A stretch of DNA of 64,000 bases. Source: a virus. The notes below the pieces were generated by a model, which was not told the DNA's origin, did no database searches, and saw only the letters and a program-made list of their open reading frames with translations. The translations under genes and the position numbers were made by a program. The DNA is taken from the IMG/VR virus record IMGVR_UViG_3300005253_000166, one strand, 5' to 3'. This document shows positions 1-8,944 of this stretch, in pieces. How positions within the stretch are numbered: the first letter of the stretch is position 1; every line of letters begins with the position of its first letter.

Positions 1-200
1 CGACGATGGATAATATAGATAGACAAATTAAGGCGTATGAAAAAGAGGCTGAAGACTATCTTAGTCGATTCGACTAACTCTATAAGAGTTAGTTCTCGGC
101 TAAGATTCTTTTGTTTTCCTAAACAGTGTTGACAGTAGTCTTCTATTGAGTTGCAATACTTAACCATCATGCTGTTGATGCTGGGGAAGAATAAGGAGGA

Positions 201-473
201 TTGAAAATGAAGATAAAAATGAATTTTAACCAAAGACAGTTGGTAATATGGGCTGCATTTGTTATTCTATATATATTTATAATGGCTGCCCTGCATTGGT
301 TTTTAGATTCTGATGTTTTTATCATTGCACTTGGTCTTTGTGGCCTAGTATTTATGGGGGAATATTACCATTTAGTAATTTTTTCACCACTTGATAGGAG
401 TATAGGTCGGTCCGAAGGTGAACTACGTTGTTTGAAAAGAATTGATAAAATTCTTAAGAAAGGTCGAAAGTGA
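201..473 (+). CDS. hypothetical membrane protein (2-3 TM helices)
   Basis: ORF with SD (aaggagg) 8 nt upstream; hydrophobic helices in translation. Confidence 0.45.
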   Translation: MKMKIKMNFNQRQLVIWAAFVILYIFIMAALHWFLDSDVFIIALGLCGLVFMGEYYHLVIFSPLDRSIGRSEGELRCLKRIDKILKKGRK

Positions 474-507
474 TATTCAGACTTTTTATAAGACGAGGTG
501 AAAAAAT

Positions 508-762
508 ATGGCGTATGAAAAAGATAAGGATAAGGTATTGTTTGAGAAGACAGCAGATTGTGGTATGTTTAATATCATAGTTGCTGTGTATTCTTACAAT
601 GAGGGAGAGAAGAAAGTACAGATATCGAGGCAGCGATTACAGGATAAGGGAGAACCACAGTTTGCAAAGCTAGGTAGAATGAGTTTAGGAGAGCTTGATG
701 AAGTAATGCCTTTAGTTAAGGAAGCGATGGATTTCATTAAAGGGGAAGATAAGAAAGTTTAA
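508..762 (+). CDS. hypothetical protein
   Basis: ORF with SD gaggtg upstream, same strand as neighbours. Confidence 0.4.
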   Translation: MAYEKDKDKVLFEKTADCGMFNIIVAVYSYNEGEKKVQISRQRLQDKGEPQFAKLGRMSLGELDEVMPLVKEAMDFIKGEDKKV

Positions 763-885
763 CCTTGTCTTCTTTGAAGGCGAGTAAGGTGCAAAACGAG
801 AGGGTATGTTGGTGACGAGTGCAAGATAAGTTGATTCCTCTACTTTCCTATGATACTCTCGTGCACAATTTTTTATTAAAATGAA

Positions 886-1425
886 ATGGTGATAAAAATG
901 GTTTTTGTTAATGATGATAATAGGGTTAGATGTCCGCAATGTAGGATTATTGCGATTAAGCTTATTTCTGTTACTGACGATGGTAAAGGCAAAAGGGTTT
1001 GTCGTCATTGTAAGAAGAAGATTTTAGGGAAGAAGTTAAAAACCAGGATTGTCAAATTTAAATTACTTAAGGAGGATATAAAAATGGCTATGACAAAACA
1101 ATTAAAGATTAGTGAAATGTCGCTCGACCGTTTGCAAGCCTATGCAGAGAATTATAAGTTGATGGCACCAGGTGGAGTAACTGAAAGTGAGAAACGAGAG
1201 TTCTATATTAGTGAGTTACAAAAGTTGAATGAGGGAAAAGATAATGTGGGTGCTAGTATTGATGCTGGGAAGTATAAAGGTGTTAACTCATGTAAGTGTT
1301 CAGTCTGCGGCGAGGAGAAGGCCGTTAGAGCGGAAGTTTATGCAAAACGCGTTGAGAAGTTCGGCTCTGAAGAGAAGCTGACGGCTGGGTATAAATGCAT
1401 GGAATGCAGGAGGAAGGAGAAATGA
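886..1425 (+). CDS. zinc-ribbon protein; N-terminal CxxC..CxxC plus C-terminal 'KAVR..KFGSEEKL' Cx2C-23-Cx2C module
   Basis: CPQCR..CRHCKK and CKCSVCGEEKAVRAEVYAKRVEKFGSEEKLTAGYKCMECR; paralogous to modules at 6390-6500, 8050-8330, 9830-9950. Confidence 0.55.
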   Translation: MVIKMVFVNDDNRVRCPQCRIIAIKLISVTDDGKGKRVCRHCKKKILGKKLKTRIVKFKLLKEDIKMAMTKQLKISEMSLDRLQAYAENYKLMAPGGVTESEKREFYISELQKLNEGKDNVGASIDAGKYKGVNSCKCSVCGEEKAVRAEVYAKRVEKFGSEEKLTAGYKCMECRRKEK

Positions 1426-1643
1426 AGCTGGAATTTAGGAAAAAATTAGAAAGGTATTGTAAAAGGAATTTTAAACTTTTGCTAAGGAGTTCTGCCAAGG
1501 ATGAAGATGATATTCCTATTGAGCATCGTAAAGAAGGGTATAAGTGTGTTGTACGTGATATGGGTTATGATTTGATTGCCGAATACCGAGTAACAGAAGG
1601 CGACGTCAAAATACTAGACAAATTTATAGAAGAGTTGAGATGA
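1422..1643 (+). CDS. hypothetical protein
   Basis: ATGA overlap with upstream stop, SD aggaaggaga; track ORF 1395 trimmed to internal ATG. Confidence 0.4.
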   Translation: MKLEFRKKLERYCKRNFKLLLRSSAKDEDDIPIEHRKEGYKCVVRDMGYDLIAEYRVTEGDVKILDKFIEELR

Positions 1644-1841
1644 AAGGAAACATTATTATAAATGTGATAACAGAGGAACAAGAGGAAGAGATAATTAAAA
1701 GAGCAGTTAAGCATTTGATGGTTTGTTCTAAGGAACCATATGTTTTTGAACAGTCGACTCTGGAAGGATGTTTTAGAGGATGTATTAGGGATACTGTTAA
1801 AAAATTATGTGAGCAATGAATGAATGTTAGGAGGTATGAAA

Positions 1842-2180
1842 ATGAATAAGAATGTGTTTTTTAGGCAAGGGGAGTTAGTTTTTGAGAAGATTGAGAGTGT
1901 TGATAAGCACTGGAAGTTAAAACAACGTAGTGATAACGTTATTAGAGAAGGCGAGGTATCGGGCCATTTACATGCAGTGAAGGGTAATGGACAGTTGTTC
2001 GATGTTGTTAGAGATAGAGGTTTTTCGGATGTAAGAGAAGGAACGATGGTTTTACAAGCACAGCAATTGGTGCAAGTCGAGCATCCTGAGCATAAGACTT
2101 TGTCGCTTGGTAAAGGTAGTTATGTTGTTACTGTTCAACGTGAATATAATGAGATACGAGATAGTTTGGTAATGGATTAA
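1842..2180 (+). CDS. hypothetical protein
   Basis: track ORF 1824..2180; internal ATG with better SD spacing chosen. Confidence 0.4.
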   Translation: MNKNVFFRQGELVFEKIESVDKHWKLKQRSDNVIREGEVSGHLHAVKGNGQLFDVVRDRGFSDVREGTMVLQAQQLVQVEHPEHKTLSLGKGSYVVTVQREYNEIRDSLVMD

Positions 2181-2181
2181 A

Positions 2182-3213
2182 ATGACGTTTAAGTATGGTT
2201 CGGGTATGGTTGAGATTGATTTTCCTGTGATTAATATGGATAAATGTAAGGTTACAGTTGAAAATATTGGTTGTACCGAGGTTTTCCGGCCAGGAACGAG
2301 TCATAAAGTGTTTCATAATGGTAAGTTAGTTTTTGAAAAGAGTTTTGGTGGTGGGATAAGACAGATACGCAGTGGTTTGCGTTTGGTACAACGTTGTTTT
2401 CTAGGTAAATTTTCTGGAACGTTGAGACAATGGACTAAGAATGGAACTTTTTACAAGGAAGAATTCACATATGATTGCAATAGTAAGTCTGCCTATACTA
2501 TAACTAATGGTGAAAAAGAGTTGGATATTTTTTATCCTGATGGTAAAAAATGGTTTACGATGAGGAGTGGACAGTCTGGTAAGATAAGTTTTAATAAGGA
2601 CAAAATTGTTGATGATTATTTGATTGTTGGTAAGAGTAACACAGATTTTGTTGGTAAGAATAATTATGTTACTAGCCATGATAATCATTTTAAGAGTTTT
2701 GATATGGAAGGAAATTTGAGAGAAAAAGGTCAGTATGAGTTTAGACAAAAGGTTGGAGAATGGTTAGAGAGTGGAAGTGAAGCCTTCTATTTACGAGGAG
2801 TTGAAGTTTCTAAACAAGAGTATCATGCTAAGCCAGAGGAATTAGATGTATTAAGCATCTTGAAGAATCCGAATGCACAGAAGAGAGCCGTTTTATTAGA
2901 TAAATTAGGTTCGGAAAATTTAGTTAAAACATTGATGAAGGATAGTTACGGTGCTAAAGTTATTCATAGAGAGGGTGACATGGAGTTGATTTCAATTGAT
3001 TTGTTTAGTAATTCTGGTATGGATAAAAATGATTGGTTAGGAGATTATGAGATTAATTTTTTAAAGGTAGTTTGTCCTTCGACGTTTACAAAGTTTTTTT
3101 TGAGGGTTCCGCCTGATATACACAAATGTGAAATAGCAAGACAATGGACGTTTGGTATTGAAGCTCGTAATAGTATTGAATATAATCCAATCCAATTCAA
3201 AAAGGAAACTTAG
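2182..3213 (+). CDS. hypothetical protein with MORN/YwqK-like repeats (G-x-W-x-F/Y-x-x-G-K)
   Basis: repeated 'NGKLVFEKSF', 'KNGTFYKEEF', 'PDGKKWFTMRSG' units; ATGA overlap with upstream gene. Confidence 0.4.
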   Translation: MTFKYGSGMVEIDFPVINMDKCKVTVENIGCTEVFRPGTSHKVFHNGKLVFEKSFGGGIRQIRSGLRLVQRCFLGKFSGTLRQWTKNGTFYKEEFTYDCNSKSAYTITNGEKELDIFYPDGKKWFTMRSGQSGKISFNKDKIVDDYLIVGKSNTDFVGKNNYVTSHDNHFKSFDMEGNLREKGQYEFRQKVGEWLESGSEAFYLRGVEVSKQEYHAKPEELDVLSILKNPNAQKRAVLLDKLGSENLVKTLMKDSYGAKVIHREGDMELISIDLFSNSGMDKNDWLGDYEINFLKVVCPSTFTKFFLRVPPDIHKCEIARQWTFGIEARNSIEYNPIQFKKET

Positions 3214-3390
3214 AGATGTGTTTACACTTTTATATGGAATACATTGTCTTTTTTTCACTTTTATTTTTGAAAAAATCTATACCATTCCGCTTTTTAAATG
3301 TGATGTGCCGTATGTTTTTTCACTTTTTAAATGTGATATGCTTTAGAACGTTTCACTTTTTTAATATATGATAAGGATGATGGTTAAAAA

Positions 3391-3507
3391 ATGAGTTGTG
3401 TGCAGATTGATGATTTGGATTGTCCTTTTTGTAATCAGATAACTATGGGGCAATTAGATATTAAAAGACGTGAGTATATGTGTTTTAAATGTGGTAAGGT
3501 GGTATGA
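3391..3507 (+). CDS. small zinc-ribbon protein (38 aa)
   Basis: MSCVQIDDLDCPFCNQ...CFKCGKVV; two CxxC pairs. Confidence 0.3.
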   Translation: MSCVQIDDLDCPFCNQITMGQLDIKRREYMCFKCGKVV

Positions 3508-3619
3508 ATGGAATTTGATAAGCTTGGGTTTGAAGAAGAGTTGAATGAGTTGAGTTTGAAGTATCCTAACATAGCAATATTTTTGGGTAGGTTAGAAAGA
3601 GTTATAAGGTGATTGTAGG

Positions 3620-3811
3620 ATGAAAAAGATATATAAAAGGGTGGTTGGTTATACATTGATAGTGATTGGATTTTTGTATAATATTATTCCTCCTTCTATA
3701 TTTATTTGGACTGGGCGATTAATTCATAGGGTATATAGGGTACCTTTTCTAGGCTTGATTATTGTCGTTGCTGGAGTTATTATTTTAATAAGGAGTTTAA
3801 CTAGAAAATGA
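3620..3811 (+). CDS. small membrane protein
   Basis: hydrophobic translation; ATGA coupling to next ORF. Confidence 0.4.
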   Translation: MKKIYKRVVGYTLIVIGFLYNIIPPSIFIWTGRLIHRVYRVPFLGLIIVVAGVIILIRSLTRK

Positions 3812-4101
3812 ATGAAGAAGAAGACGAGGATGAAATAAGTATCAATCCAGATAAGGTTGATGAAGTAATTGAAGACGTATACAATCTATTATACAAGAAG
3901 AAAAAGACTAAAAATGAAGAAGCAAGATTGTGGATATTGTGTATGGTTGCTTTTGAGATGAAATCCAGAGAGATTAAGAAACTTTACAAGTATGTTTCTA
4001 ATAGGATTGCTAATAAAAATATTAAGACTGAAGAACAATTGGAGAAGGATGTAAATGCTATTTTGGATAGGACAATTATAATTACTAAGTCGTTGAGGTG
4101 A
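3808..4101 (+). CDS. hypothetical acidic protein
   Basis: ORF, translational coupling. Confidence 0.4.
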   Translation: MNEEEDEDEISINPDKVDEVIEDVYNLLYKKKKTKNEEARLWILCMVAFEMKSREIKKLYKYVSNRIANKNIKTEEQLEKDVNAILDRTIIITKSLR

Positions 4102-4266
4102 TTCAAAAATGAGAGTTAATGTTAGTGGGGGGATTTCGAGGAAGGAGATGTTGTTAGCATTGCAGAAAGCAGAGCTTACGATGAGGGATGAGGATTTGTA
4201 TACGGGTGACGATAAGATTGATAAGTTGACAAAGAGTAAAATGGCTTTAATGCTAGCGGGTGGGAA

Positions 4267-4482
4267 ATGAATAAGGAAGAATTTGCTCAAATTTTCGAGA
4301 AGACTGTTTTTATAGAGCATTTGACTAAGAAACAGCAAGAAGAGTTTTATGAGGTAGTTAAAGGACTAGTTTTAAAAAGGAAAGTGAGAAAGGTTTTAGA
4401 ACAATATCACAGGTTTATAACGTGGAGAGGTTTAACTGAAGATGATTATAATAAGATGTTAAAGGGATTGGAGTTGAGATGA
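4267..4482 (+). CDS. hypothetical protein
   Basis: ORF, ATGA overlaps both sides. Confidence 0.4.
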   Translation: MNKEEFAQIFEKTVFIEHLTKKQQEEFYEVVKGLVLKRKVRKVLEQYHRFITWRGLTEDDYNKMLKGLELR

Positions 4483-4913
4483 AACATAAGTTTGAGATTG
4501 ATGATACTGTTAGAGTTATACATTCTAGGAAAGGTGGAACTATTATTAGGCGATTTTACGATGTAGATAGTACTCCAGTGTATGCCGTGAGATATATTGG
4601 GGTAAATACTAGGTTTGAGTTGTTTGTTAACAAGTTTACGCCGTTTAAAATCAACGTGACGACACTTCTTCCTAAATTCGAGAAGATGAATTGGAGGTAC
4701 GATAAAATGATACAATGTCCGGTATGTAATGGAGAAATGGAGCATTGGGGTAAACATGCTGCTTGGAATACTGTGAGAAATACTAAGACTAAAACATTTA
4801 CGTGTGGAGGTTGCGGACTGAGAATGGTTTTTAAGAAGAATAATTATAAGCATAGAAGATTTATTGAGGCGAATTATGATGGAGAAAGAAAAGTGAATAT
4901 TGGAGGTAATTAA
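4479..4913 (+). CDS. zinc-binding protein (CPVCNGE...CGGCG); contains left copy of 54-bp inverted repeat
   Basis: ORF; CxxC pairs. Confidence 0.45.
   Translation: MKHKFEIDDTVRVIHSRKGGTIIRRFYDVDSTPVYAVRYIGVNTRFELFVNKFTPFKINVTTLLPKFEKMNWRYDKMIQCPVCNGEMEHWGKHAAWNTVRNTKTKTFTCGGCGLRMVFKKNNYKHRRFIEANYDGERKVNIGGN
4623..4676. repeat. 54-bp perfect inverted repeat, left arm
   Basis: reverse complement of 5559-5612 exactly. Confidence 0.9.
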
Positions 4914-4914
4914 A

Positions 4915-5337
4915 ATGAAATTAGAAGTAGTTATGAAAGTATTGATGGGAGGAAAGGAGTTTAAAGGAAAAGGTTCATTAATTTTATTTGGTAATAGAAA
5001 CAGAATATATTATAGGGATTGGGATTTGGACCAGAGAAGGGAAGATGCTATAAAACTAAATCAGAGACCAGATATATTGGCTGATGGATGGTGGAAAGAA
5101 AATTGGGAATTATTTGAGGAAGAAAAGAAACAGACTTTGAGTGACAAATGGATTAGAGCAAATGAAGATGAGGTATGCGGTGATATGAATAAATTTTATT
5201 TAAGAGATGTCAAACAATTCATTAAAGACATTAAAGAAGATATTAAGAAATTAGGAGTAGAATCTTCAATAGAACAAGAATTTAATAGAGAACTATTTGA
5301 AGTAATAGATAAAAGAGCAGGAAAGAGATTGATATAA
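4915..5337 (+). CDS. hypothetical protein (inside IR-flanked segment)
   Basis: SD ggaggt upstream of ATG at 4915. Confidence 0.45.
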   Translation: MKLEVVMKVLMGGKEFKGKGSLILFGNRNRIYYRDWDLDQRREDAIKLNQRPDILADGWWKENWELFEEEKKQTLSDKWIRANEDEVCGDMNKFYLRDVKQFIKDIKEDIKKLGVESSIEQEFNRELFEVIDKRAGKRLI

Positions 5338-5426
5338 AATGTCAACGTATTATTTGTTAGAGAAAAGAGTAGTTACTTGTAGTAAAAATTTGAAAGAGAA
5401 GTATGAGGAGAAAGGTTTCAAATTGA

Positions 5427-5774
5427 TTGCTGTTGATTCTGGATGGAATAATAGTCTTCAATTACGATAAAATGACTTCTGGTAGTGACCAATATGAGGA
5501 AAGTCGATGTGAGTATTGGGGAACTACGCTTTATTCTTGTCGGTGTCCGGGTTATAATTTTAGGAAGAAGTGTCGTCACGTTGATTTTAAACGGCGTAAA
5601 CTTGTTAACAAAGATGCTAATCATACTGACGAATATGACAAGATTTTAGCCTCTATCGTTTCGGGAATAGAAGCTACAACGTTTGTTGAGCAAAATTCTG
5701 AAGAACTACTTAATAAAATGAAGGTAATAGGCGATGTATTCGAGCGTCACGGAAAATTATATAAACTTGAATGA
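5427..5774 (+). CDS. hypothetical Cys-rich protein; contains right copy of 54-bp inverted repeat
   Basis: ORF. Confidence 0.4.
   Translation: MLLILDGIIVFNYDKMTSGSDQYEESRCEYWGTTLYSCRCPGYNFRKKCRHVDFKRRKLVNKDANHTDEYDKILASIVSGIEATTFVEQNSEELLNKMKVIGDVFERHGKLYKLE
5559..5612. repeat. 54-bp perfect inverted repeat, right arm
   Basis: reverse complement of 4623-4676 exactly. Confidence 0.9.
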
Positions 5775-5816
5775 AGATGATGTACCTAAAGGTCCATCAA
5801 AACTAGATGGATTAGA

Positions 5817-6521
5817 ATGAAGTTAAAAAAGAAAGAAGCACAGGAAAAATTGAAAGAGCTGTTTCATAAAGAAATGGAATGGTTAAGAGATGAGTACAAT
5901 AGAGTTTGTCCTGAGGAACACTGGGCTTTTCTGTTTACAAATACGGAATTACGTGTTATGGATGCAGACACTTTTTACAACGCTAAAAATACTGTGTCTC
6001 TAGTGCATGGTAAGAGTTACAAAGAGATAGAGATTTGGGAAGACCATAACTCTGATACTCGTAGCCGTGAATCACCTTCTGCTGTCTTTAAGATTAATCA
6101 GATGAACGAAGTTATAGCCAAGATTATTGAGTTGATGAAGATTCAACCTAAACTTCCTATTTATCGTAGGTATAAGGCTGATAATATACTTCCTTTAATA
6201 TCTGATTTATCGGGTGGAAAGCTTAAAAATATATTGGAAGATAGCGAAAAAGGTCGAATTAATATGGCTTTGTGGAAAGATATTCAGAGTGTAAAGAAGG
6301 GTGAGTTGAAGTGCTCGTTTTATAGTCTGGCTAAGAAATATAAGGTGTCGACAGCTACTGTGGTGGCGTATAATAAGCGCTCTGTTGAATGCCAAAAATG
6401 TAAGGAGATTAAGGTCTTTGATGCGAAATTATACAAGGAAATGCTCGAGAAATACGGTTCCAAGTCAAATTTTAACAAGGGTTTTATATGTAAAAAGTGT
6501 AACATTAACGTGTTAATGTAA
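5817..6521 (+). CDS. hypothetical protein with C-terminal zinc-ribbon module of the 'KFGS' family
   Basis: C-term ECQKCKEIKVFDAKLYKEMLEKYGSKSNFNKGFICKKCN aligns with modules in 886, 7988, 9763 ORFs. Confidence 0.5.
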   Translation: MKLKKKEAQEKLKELFHKEMEWLRDEYNRVCPEEHWAFLFTNTELRVMDADTFYNAKNTVSLVHGKSYKEIEIWEDHNSDTRSRESPSAVFKINQMNEVIAKIIELMKIQPKLPIYRRYKADNILPLISDLSGGKLKNILEDSEKGRINMALWKDIQSVKKGELKCSFYSLAKKYKVSTATVVAYNKRSVECQKCKEIKVFDAKLYKEMLEKYGSKSNFNKGFICKKCNINVLM

Positions 6522-6947
6522 CGTTTGGCGTTTTTGAAAGTTCAAAAATTTCGGAGTCAAAAGAACTGTCTTGGTGAGTTCGTGTTTATAAATTTTTCGT
6601 AAAGTTTAAATAAGATGAACTCAAAGATATATATTAAAAGAGCACAACGTACGTTGTTTAAATACGAAATTTTATATTAACATATAACTATGTTAATGTA
6701 AATACATATATATTTTTTTAGTTACGTTGGAATGTTGAAGGCTAATATATATATTAAAAGCTATAAAAGGTGTTGGAGGCATTGAATATGGATAAACAAA
6801 ATTATCATTATAGACTTAGCGATGAACAAATTGAAGAAATACTTAAGAAATTGGATAAAGAATTATTTCGACAGAAAGTAATTGGACGTGATAAATTACG
6901 TTACAAAAATATTTATTTTAAATGAAAATCGAGTCTAAATTGCACAA

Positions 6948-6989
6948 CAATATTTAAATAGATGAACGCATTTAGATATATTAGAGATA
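6948..6989 (+). promoter_or_regulatory. repeated upstream element R (TTTAAATA core), copy 1
   Basis: 'atatttaaatagatgaacgcatttagatatattagagata' ~95% identical to 7929-7970; precedes gene start. Confidence 0.5.
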
Positions 6990-7012
6990 AATATTATGTG
7001 AGGTGTGTAAAG

Positions 7013-7891
7013 ATGGCGGATGGCAAGACTTTTATTTTAGGGTGTGTTGTTGGTGGCACAGTAGTATCTTTAGGGAAGTGGTTATTTGCCTATTGGAGAG
7101 AGTCGGGAAAAACTTCTACAGGGATAATTATGAAAGTCATGGAAAAATATTTTGAATATCCGAGACAGGACGGTGACGAAGAATTTGATGATGATAGTGA
7201 TTGTGGTGATGAAAAGGTTCGGTATATGTTAGATGAGGAATATAATATTGTTATCAGTGTTAAGGAGATTGAAGATGCTTTAAAAGAGGAAGATTTGACT
7301 CCTTGTAAAGTTTGTAAATTTATTCAAAATTATGTTTTGGGTAGGAAAACTATTGTAATTATGAAAATCATGGAAAAGGATTTGGATTATACAAGGAGGG
7401 GTGATGGTGGTGATGGCGATTATGGAAAGGCTTGGTATATGTTAGATGAGGAATATAATATTACTGTCACGGCTTGTACAATTGAAGATGTGTTAAGAGA
7501 AGAGGAATTGACTCCTTTTAAAGTTGATAAATTTATTCGGAATTATATTAAGCGTATGGAAACCTTTAGACGCGGTGAAGCATTAGAATTGAAAAAGTCT
7601 AAATTATACCAAAAGGATGAGAAGTTAGTAGTAGAGCAAGAAGCGGAGCGACGAGTTTATGGCGAGGTAAAAAGTAAGAGAGCTCCTTTAACGCCTGAAG
7701 AACGGAAGACTGTCCATGATAAATATCACAATGAATGTGCCGTATGTAGTGGTACAGTAGGATTAGAAATACATCATAGAGATGATGATGCGACAAATAA
7801 TAGACTAGGCAATTTAATCTTATTATGTGTTGATTGTCACAAAGAAACGCGCAAAAAAAGCAAGACAAATACTCGGAAGAAGAAGAAGTAG
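7013..7891 (+). CDS. HNH endonuclease-domain protein with two internal ~60-aa tandem repeats
   Basis: C-term CAVCSG..LEIHHRDDDATNNRLGNLILLCVDCH (HNH); repeats 'YMLDEEYNI..EE.LTP.KV.KFI.NY' x2; track ORF starts 6962 inside repeat, internal ATG 7013 has SD gaggtg. Confidence 0.55.
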   Translation: MADGKTFILGCVVGGTVVSLGKWLFAYWRESGKTSTGIIMKVMEKYFEYPRQDGDEEFDDDSDCGDEKVRYMLDEEYNIVISVKEIEDALKEEDLTPCKVCKFIQNYVLGRKTIVIMKIMEKDLDYTRRGDGGDGDYGKAWYMLDEEYNITVTACTIEDVLREEELTPFKVDKFIRNYIKRMETFRRGEALELKKSKLYQKDEKLVVEQEAERRVYGEVKSKRAPLTPEERKTVHDKYHNECAVCSGTVGLEIHHRDDDATNNRLGNLILLCVDCHKETRKKSKTNTRKKKK

Positions 7892-7928
7892 TGGTAGTAT
7901 CTATTATTTTCATGCTTTTTGTGTACAA

Positions 7929-7970
7929 ACATATTTAAATAGATGAACTCATTTAGATATATTAGAGATA
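7929..7970 (+). promoter_or_regulatory. repeated upstream element R, copy 2
   Basis: precedes 7988 gene; carries a short uORF MNSFRYIRDII. Confidence 0.5.
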
Positions 7971-7987
7971 TAATAAGAGGTGCTTAA

Positions 7988-8389
7988 ATGCCGGATAAAA
8001 GTAAAAAAGGTGGTGCTTTAATTTCTAAGGTTAAAGGACAGACTTCTATTCAGTGTTCTAAGTGCAGAGATATTAAGGCAGTGAGACGAGAGGTCTTTTT
8101 AAAGCGCATTGAGAAATTCGGTTCTGTCGGAAAATTGATTGCTAACTATAAGTGCCAAAAATGTCGCAATGGTGCTAAGAACGGTATTCAATGTGTTCAG
8201 TGTAAAGAGATAAAAGCAGTTAGAAGAGACGTGTATAAAAAAAGGATAGAGTGGTATGGAAGTGAAGAAAAACTAGTTGCAAAGTATTTATGTAGGAAGT
8301 GCCGAAGAATTGCCAAGCATGAAAAGAAAATGCAAGCTATGCACTCTCGCAAAGCTTATATGAAGTTGTCTAATAATGAAGGCAAGTAA
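7988..8389 (+). CDS. tandem double zinc-ribbon protein ('KAVR..KFGS..KL..Y.C..CR' module x2)
   Basis: IQCSKCRDIKAVRREVFLKRIEKFGSVGKLIANYKCQKCR and IQCVQCKEIKAVRRDVYKKRIEWYGSEEKLVAKYLCRKCR. Confidence 0.55.
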   Translation: MPDKSKKGGALISKVKGQTSIQCSKCRDIKAVRREVFLKRIEKFGSVGKLIANYKCQKCRNGAKNGIQCVQCKEIKAVRRDVYKKRIEWYGSEEKLVAKYLCRKCRRIAKHEKKMQAMHSRKAYMKLSNNEGK

Positions 8390-8542
8390 AACTTGCCAGA
8401 ATCTAAGTTTGTAAAACAGAATTATATTAATAAAGGGTGATAAAATGTTTCCTTATTGTAGCCATTGTAATAAAGAACTTGATAAAAAATTGCTAATGCT
8501 AGTTGACTCTACTATAGGTGATGAATTAAGTGTAGGATACTT

Positions 8543-8944
8543 TTGTTCCTTTTTATGTTTGAGAAGTTGGATAGACGAGCACAGGTGATATGGGATGCTA
8601 GGATGTGTGAGGTGGAAAGAATGAAATTTGAGAAAATAGTTAGAGTAGAATCAGCATATGATAAGAGAAGTAAAGACCCTAGTAAGAATTATGGTATAGG
8701 GTCTATGAGGATGCGATTTATATTAAAAGGAGATAAGGGATGTGTTCAAGTTTTAATAAACTTTCCAATCTTCTTGCCTGAAACTGTAGAGGAGTATAAG
8801 AGAATTGGAAATATGAATAATACAGACCCTTGTGATTTAAGGGATGAAGATGGTAAACCCAAAGGACTTGAATGTTGGGATGTAGGTTATCATAGCCCTA
8901 AACCAATGTTTGAAGGACAAACTAAGAGAGATTGCGACATCTAG
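8543..8944 (+). CDS. hypothetical protein
   Basis: ORF. Confidence 0.35.
   Translation: MFLFMFEKLDRRAQVIWDARMCEVERMKFEKIVRVESAYDKRSKDPSKNYGIGSMRMRFILKGDKGCVQVLINFPIFLPETVEEYKRIGNMNNTDPCDLRDEDGKPKGLECWDVGYHSPKPMFEGQTKRDCDI

Noticed and set aside
75-120. Rho-independent terminator after the short 5' partial ORF (hairpin CTAACTCT-ATAA-GAGTTAG followed by a T-rich run)
   Set aside because: The stem is AT-rich and weak, and the upstream ORF is truncated by the window edge. There is insufficient evidence to annotate it.
131-165. Bacterial sigma70-type promoters (TTGACA ... TATAAT)
   Set aside because: Isolated TTGACA hexamers lack properly spaced -10 partners. The recurrent conserved upstream elements instead carry TTTAAATA/TTTATAAA cores, so an archaeal-type promoter architecture is favoured, without excluding a bacterial host.
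712-1008. Minus-strand ORFs ≥60 aa scattered through the window (e.g. 712-1008, 2401-2748, 3889-4338, 4446-4853, 9197-9517, 13789-14169, 45185-45406, 48112-48399, 54806-55123, 56409-56771)
   Set aside because: All lie antisense within well-supported plus-strand genes and lack SD sites. Their translations are low-complexity, as expected for random frames of AT-rich coding DNA. Only the 18241-19314 minus ORF has motif support.
6520-6960. CRISPR array or other regularly spaced repeats in the AT-rich 440-bp intergenic region
   Set aside because: Only short, irregular palindromes (acgtacgt, attaacata/tatgttaat) and two copies of atatatattaaaag are present. There is no repeat-spacer periodicity and no cas genes anywhere in the window.
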